This document shows, piece by piece, positions 39,028-42,967 of a stretch of DNA of 42,967 bases. The notes under the pieces were generated by a model. It was not told the DNA's origin. It made no database searches and worked only from the letters and a program-made list of their open reading frames with translations. Source of the DNA: a virus. Lineage: Duplodnaviria; Heunggongvirae; Uroviricota; Caudoviricetes. The DNA is taken from positions 1-42,967 of the IMG/VR virus record IMGVR_UViG_2563366803_000007. One strand, 5' to 3'. The translations under genes and the position numbers were made by a program. Each line of letters starts with the position of its first letter. The first letter of the stretch is position 1.

Positions 39028-39321
39028 ATGCCAGCGCCTCTGTATGGTGCGGATGACCCGCGCCGCTGTTCCGGCAATTCCGTATCGGAGGTGCTGGATA
39101 AATTCAGAAAAAACTACGATCGAATAATGTCTCTACCGCAGGAAACGAAAGAGGAAAAGGAATTTCGCCACTGCATATGGCTTGCAGAGAAAGAAGAGCG
39201 CGAGCGAATTTACCAGACATCAATCCGACCATTCCGCAAAGCCACATATACCCACTTCCCTGAAATTGACCCGCGCCTGCGTCATTACCGCTCACGCTAT
39301 GGCGCTATCAGTAATGACTGA
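39028..39321 (+). CDS. Hypothetical protein (97 aa), tentatively Abc2-like anti-RecBCD
   Basis: Size and position after erf as in P22; identity not verifiable here. Confidence 0.4.
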   Translation: MPAPLYGADDPRRCSGNSVSEVLDKFRKNYDRIMSLPQETKEEKEFRHCIWLAEKEERERIYQTSIRPFRKATYTHFPEIDPRLRHYRSRYGAISND

Positions 39322-39331
39322 GGAATTAACA

Positions 39332-39622
39332 ATGAAAACAATGAAGCTAAACATCGACCTCGGCAAATACGTTATTACCGGAACCAAACACGATCTGATT
39401 CTTAGCGAAAGAGGAATTATCAAAGAAGGCGAGAATGCAGGGAAAGAAACACTAAGTCGTATCGGTTATTACAGCAAGTTTGAGCATCTGGTTAAAGAGT
39501 TATGCAACCGTGAAATCCTGTTATCTCAGGCGCAGACACTACAGGATATTCAGCAGCATATCGAAACTTTAGGTATGTCACTTAGCATGGCTATTGACCA
39601 GTTCATGGAGAGTAAATCATGA
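39332..39622 (+). CDS. Hypothetical protein (96 aa)
   Basis: GAGGA RBS before ATG at 39332; early-left accessory region. Confidence 0.4.
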   Translation: MKTMKLNIDLGKYVITGTKHDLILSERGIIKEGENAGKETLSRIGYYSKFEHLVKELCNREILLSQAQTLQDIQQHIETLGMSLSMAIDQFMESKS

Positions 39623-39783
39623 GAGGACTTGCATACAATCCCGGCATTCTTCCGGCAGAAATGATTATTCGCCAACGCGTAAAGCCAATGCCATCGAGAG
39701 AGGAATTGCTTAAAAGAAATAGTTTCGGTTCTGTTAATGACAACAAATATCTGAATGCGATGTGGCGGAGTGGGAAGAAATGA
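39619..39783 (+). CDS. Small hypothetical protein (54 aa)
   Basis: ATG overlaps upstream stop (ATGA); coupled to the next gene. Confidence 0.3.
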   Translation: MRGLAYNPGILPAEMIIRQRVKPMPSREELLKRNSFGSVNDNKYLNAMWRSGKK

Positions 39784-40376
39784 AACAAATGACACTAATT
39801 GAGATGGATGGATTTCTGAAAGGTAAATGCATACCACGAGATTTAAAGGTTAACGAAACAAACGCTGAATATCTGGTGCGTAAATTTGCTGAAGCGGAGG
39901 CCAAGATTTCGGCTCTGTCCGAAGACCACCAGAAAGCGATTGAGTCAATTAAGCAGGCTGATGCGGCTGTTAAGTTGGCACACGAGAAGTTTTCGGCGCT
40001 GGCGGCGGAGAATGCGAGGCTTAAGGCCTTCAAAACCGCCGTTTATCAGCAGATGGGCGTCGGATGTGATGCTCCTGAATTCTCCATTACGGTAGGTTTG
40101 AGTAACTTACGTCGTTTTGCTGACACACTCCACGTCATTGAGCGTGAGTTCTTTACCAAAGAGCTACCTGATGAAGAGCACGAAGGCGAAACATTCAATG
40201 AATGTCCACTTAGCTGGGGAATGAGCGTCGAACAGTACGTTTCCGAGTTTCGCAAATGCCTGGCTGAAGTACGTGCGCAGGGCGTGGAGATGTTTGCTGA
40301 GTGTGCATACACACTTGAACATCATGATCACGCAGTAGCCTTCGCCGCTGAGCTTCGCAAAGGAGGCAACCAGTGA
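39780..40376 (+). CDS. Hypothetical protein (198 aa from ATG at 39780)
   Basis: GGAG RBS; ATGA overlap with the preceding small ORF. Confidence 0.4.
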   Translation: MKQMTLIEMDGFLKGKCIPRDLKVNETNAEYLVRKFAEAEAKISALSEDHQKAIESIKQADAAVKLAHEKFSALAAENARLKAFKTAVYQQMGVGCDAPEFSITVGLSNLRRFADTLHVIEREFFTKELPDEEHEGETFNECPLSWGMSVEQYVSEFRKCLAEVRAQGVEMFAECAYTLEHHDHAVAFAAELRKGGNQ

Positions 40377-40924
40377 GCAAGATTGACTATCAGGCACTGC
40401 GTGAAAAGGCAGAGAAAGCAACGTGTGGCGAGTGGTCGCTCGAATATGGAGAGGGCCGATTTGATGGTGATGATGCACTAATTCATCGCGAGGCTGCTGG
40501 ATATATTCCCATTTGCAGAATTGAAGGAGCGCATCCTGAAAGCGGTTTCGATGAAGATTTCCAAATAGAACAGCAGGCCAATGCTGAATTCATCGCCGCA
40601 GCCAATCCAGCTACCGTCTTGGCGCTGCTGGATGAGCTGGAAAGAAACCAGCAATACATCAAACGCCGCGACCAGGAGAACGAGGATATTGCGTTAACGG
40701 TAGGGAAGTTGCGCGTTGAGCTTGAGGCAGAAAAACAGCGGGCAAAGGATCTGTTTATGGAAAATGCCCGGCTTAAGTCAGGCATAGCCGGTCTGATACA
40801 CCTCGGTATTCGATATGCAGATGTTGAGGTCATGAAAATTGCTGGAGATGCCCAGCTTTCTACCCCATGCACTGACAGCATCATAAACAGCATTGCAACA
40901 GGCATTCGCATCAAAGGAGAGTGA
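40373..40924 (+). CDS. Ead/Ea22-like protein (183 aa)
   Basis: N-terminus [21 protein letters not shown] typical of Ead/Ea22-like prophage proteins. Confidence 0.55.
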   Translation: MSKIDYQALREKAEKATCGEWSLEYGEGRFDGDDALIHREAAGYIPICRIEGAHPESGFDEDFQIEQQANAEFIAAANPATVLALLDELERNQQYIKRRDQENEDIALTVGKLRVELEAEKQRAKDLFMENARLKSGIAGLIHLGIRYADVEVMKIAGDAQLSTPCTDSIINSIATGIRIKGE

Positions 40925-40925
40925 G

Positions 40926-41171
40926 ATGAACGCTATAACCAAAGAACGTATCAAATTATTCATTAAAAATCCGCTTGATAACGGACTTACTCGTGGCGAA
41001 CAAATGGAACTGGCACGAATTGCACTGGCATCACTGGAACGCGAACAGATTCGCCACGAGCATGCCAAATGGTCTGACTCCACATTTGGCTGCGTTGGCC
41101 CCATTGGTCCACTGAAACACCTCTCAAAAGAGGCACTGGAAGCCGCAGCCGAACCTGACGATCTCAGCTAG
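40926..41171 (+). CDS. Hypothetical protein (81 aa)
   Basis: AAGGAGAG RBS; start just after upstream stop. Confidence 0.4.
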   Translation: MNAITKERIKLFIKNPLDNGLTRGEQMELARIALASLEREQIRHEHAKWSDSTFGCVGPIGPLKHLSKEALEAAAEPDDLS

Positions 41172-41272
41172 TGTGCTGATATGCAGTTCCTGTTGTGGGA
41201 TGCCAGCGCTGTGCTGATTGCCAAGAAGAGTTTGAAGAACGTGGTAAGCACCTAAGGTGATGTATGTGGGTA

Positions 41273-41398
41273 ATGATGAAGCTTAAACGTACTGGGCAGG
41301 AGATGTATTTCCAGTGTTACGACAGCAGGGAAAAGGCTGAAATGGCGATTAAGGTTATGAATTCCGTCGCCAGTAGCTGGGAATTCTATATCAGTTAA
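41273..41398 (+). CDS. Small hypothetical protein (41 aa)
   Basis: Short ORF MMKLKRTGQEMYFQCYDSREK upstream of xis; below the 60-aa track cutoff. Confidence 0.25.
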   Translation: MMKLKRTGQEMYFQCYDSREKAEMAIKVMNSVASSWEFYIS

Positions 41399-41419
41399 AG
41401 AGTGCGGCAGAGGTGATGC

Positions 41420-41665
41420 ATGCAGACAATAATCCAGATCGAGCCAAACGAATGGGTTTCAGAGGACTTGCTGATGGCAGTCACAGGGATGAAACGTGGA
41501 ACCATTACACGGGCCCGCAAATCATCCTGGCTGCTTGGGCGTGAGTATAAGCACGTTTCCCCTGAAGGTGACCCAAAGCCAACCAGCGAATGCATGTACA
41601 ACCGCAAAGCGGTAGACGCATGGATTCAGGCGCAAAAGCAACCATTGGGTGATCGGGCGGTATGA
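41420..41665 (+). CDS. xis: Excisionase-like protein (81 aa)
   Basis: Small DNA-binding-like protein immediately upstream of int. Confidence 0.55.
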   Translation: MQTIIQIEPNEWVSEDLLMAVTGMKRGTITRARKSSWLLGREYKHVSPEGDPKPTSECMYNRKAVDAWIQAQKQPLGDRAV

Positions 41666-41707
41666 AACAGGTAAACTTGCAACGCTCCTGGACGTCGGGA
41701 GGGATAA

Positions 41708-42967
41708 ATGAGTAAAGAATCATACCCAACGGGCGTTGAGAACCACGGAAAGTCACTCCGCATATGGTTCATTTTTAAAGGTAAGCGTGTCAGGGAAAAC
41801 CTCGGTGTCCCTGACACCGCTAAAAACAGGAAGGTGGCCGGGGAGCTGAGAACGTCAGTTTGTTTCGCTATCCGCATGGGGACCTTTGACTATGCGGCCC
41901 AATTCCCCAACTCGCCAAATCTGAAAACTTTCGGCATCGGGAAGAAAGATATCACCGTAAAAGATCTGTCTGAAAAATGGCTTGAGCTTAAACGGATGGA
42001 GATCTGCGCTAATGCCATAAACAGGTATGAATCGGTGGTGAGAAGCATGCTGCCGAGGGTTGGCGCGAATAAGCTGGTTTCGTCTGTGACAAGAGAAGAG
42101 CTTCTCTATATCAGGAAGGATATGCTGGCGGGGGATAAAGGGTTGAGTGTGGTGACGGTAAACTACTACATGACCACGATCGCGGGTATGTTTCAGTTCG
42201 CTGTTGATAATGGCTATGTGAGTGAAAACCCGTTTAACGGCATCAAGCCGCTAAAGAGGGCCAGGATAGAACCAGATCCGCTCACACGTGATGAATTCGT
42301 TCGCTTCATAGATGCCTGCAAGCATCAGCAAACGAAAAACCTGTGGTCAATTGCGGTATACACAGGATTACGTCACGGTGAGTTGGTATCCCTCGCATGG
42401 GAAGACATAGATCTGAAAACTGGAACGATGACCATACGCCGGAATTATACGAAACTCGGTGATTTCACTCTACCAAAAACCGAAGCCGGTACCGACAGGG
42501 TCGTTCACCTGATCAAGCCAGCCATTGACGCTTTGAGGAACCAGGCGGAAATGACCAGGTTAGGCAGGCAGTATCAGGTTGAGGTACAACTGCGGGAGTA
42601 TGGCCGAACGGTCATTCACGACTGTACATTTGTGTTCAATCCTCAGTTGGTTAAAAAAAGTGGCAGCGTAGGTTACCTGTACAAAGCCGATTCAGTTGGT
42701 GACTCATGGGATGCGGCGCTTAAACGGTCAGGTTTAAGGCACCGCAAGGCGTATCAGTCGAGACACACTTACGCCTGCTGGTCGCTGTCTGCCGGGGCCA
42801 ATCCGAGTTTCATTGCCAGCCAGATGGGACACTCCAGCGCCCAGATGGTTTTCAATGTTTACGGCGCCTGGATGGCCGACAGCAGCAGCGATCAGATTGC
42901 TATGTTGAACCAGAAATTATCGGACTTTGCCCCATCCATGCCCCACGGCATGGCGATAGGAATATGA
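41708..42967 (+). CDS. int: Tyrosine integrase (Rac IntR-like family, 419 aa)
   Basis: C-terminal catalytic region with YTGLRHGE, HTYACWSLSAGANPSFIASQMGHSSAQMVFNVY blocks; strong resemblance to Rac IntR from memory. Confidence 0.9.
   Translation: MSKESYPTGVENHGKSLRIWFIFKGKRVRENLGVPDTAKNRKVAGELRTSVCFAIRMGTFDYAAQFPNSPNLKTFGIGKKDITVKDLSEKWLELKRMEICANAINRYESVVRSMLPRVGANKLVSSVTREELLYIRKDMLAGDKGLSVVTVNYYMTTIAGMFQFAVDNGYVSENPFNGIKPLKRARIEPDPLTRDEFVRFIDACKHQQTKNLWSIAVYTGLRHGELVSLAWEDIDLKTGTMTIRRNYTKLGDFTLPKTEAGTDRVVHLIKPAIDALRNQAEMTRLGRQYQVEVQLREYGRTVIHDCTFVFNPQLVKKSGSVGYLYKADSVGDSWDAALKRSGLRHRKAYQSRHTYACWSLSAGANPSFIASQMGHSSAQMVFNVYGAWMADSSSDQIAMLNQKLSDFAPSMPHGMAIGI

Overview
The window is almost entirely one mosaic lambdoid prophage (about 42.8 kb), bounded on the left by a truncated host gene fragment (1..105) and on the right by a tyrosine integrase whose stop codon is the last base of the window. 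Left to right: tail-fibre/spike genes, a baseplate and contractile-tail-like module, head and packaging genes (capsid, scaffold, portal, terminase), a Rha-family regulator, a lambda-type lysis cassette (S, R, Rz/Rz1), two tandem tRNA genes, a Q-like antiterminator, a nin region, a P22-type replication module (O-like initiator with iterons plus DnaB-type helicase), the lambda immunity region (cII, cro, OR, cI, rexA, rexB, OL/PL, nutL, N) and an early-left operon (cIII, kil, erf, SSB-like, Ea-type small genes, xis, int). Protein identities are from reading the supplied translations against remembered sequences and motifs; no database search was run. The strongest candidate for an undescribed system is a LexA-box-controlled two-gene cassette at the prophage edge (269..861) that encodes a small basic protein and a UmuD'-like protein starting at the UmuD cleavage site, with no umuC partner. 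Other accessory loci worth follow-up are a Phd/Doc-like toxin-antitoxin moron inside the baseplate cluster, an extra gene between cII and the O-like gene that overlaps an oop-like antisense RNA, a tail spike carrying a GDSL/SGNH esterase motif, and a large coiled-coil protein in the N-proximal slot. Coordinates of non-coding elements were counted by hand from ORF anchors and may be off by 1-2 nt.
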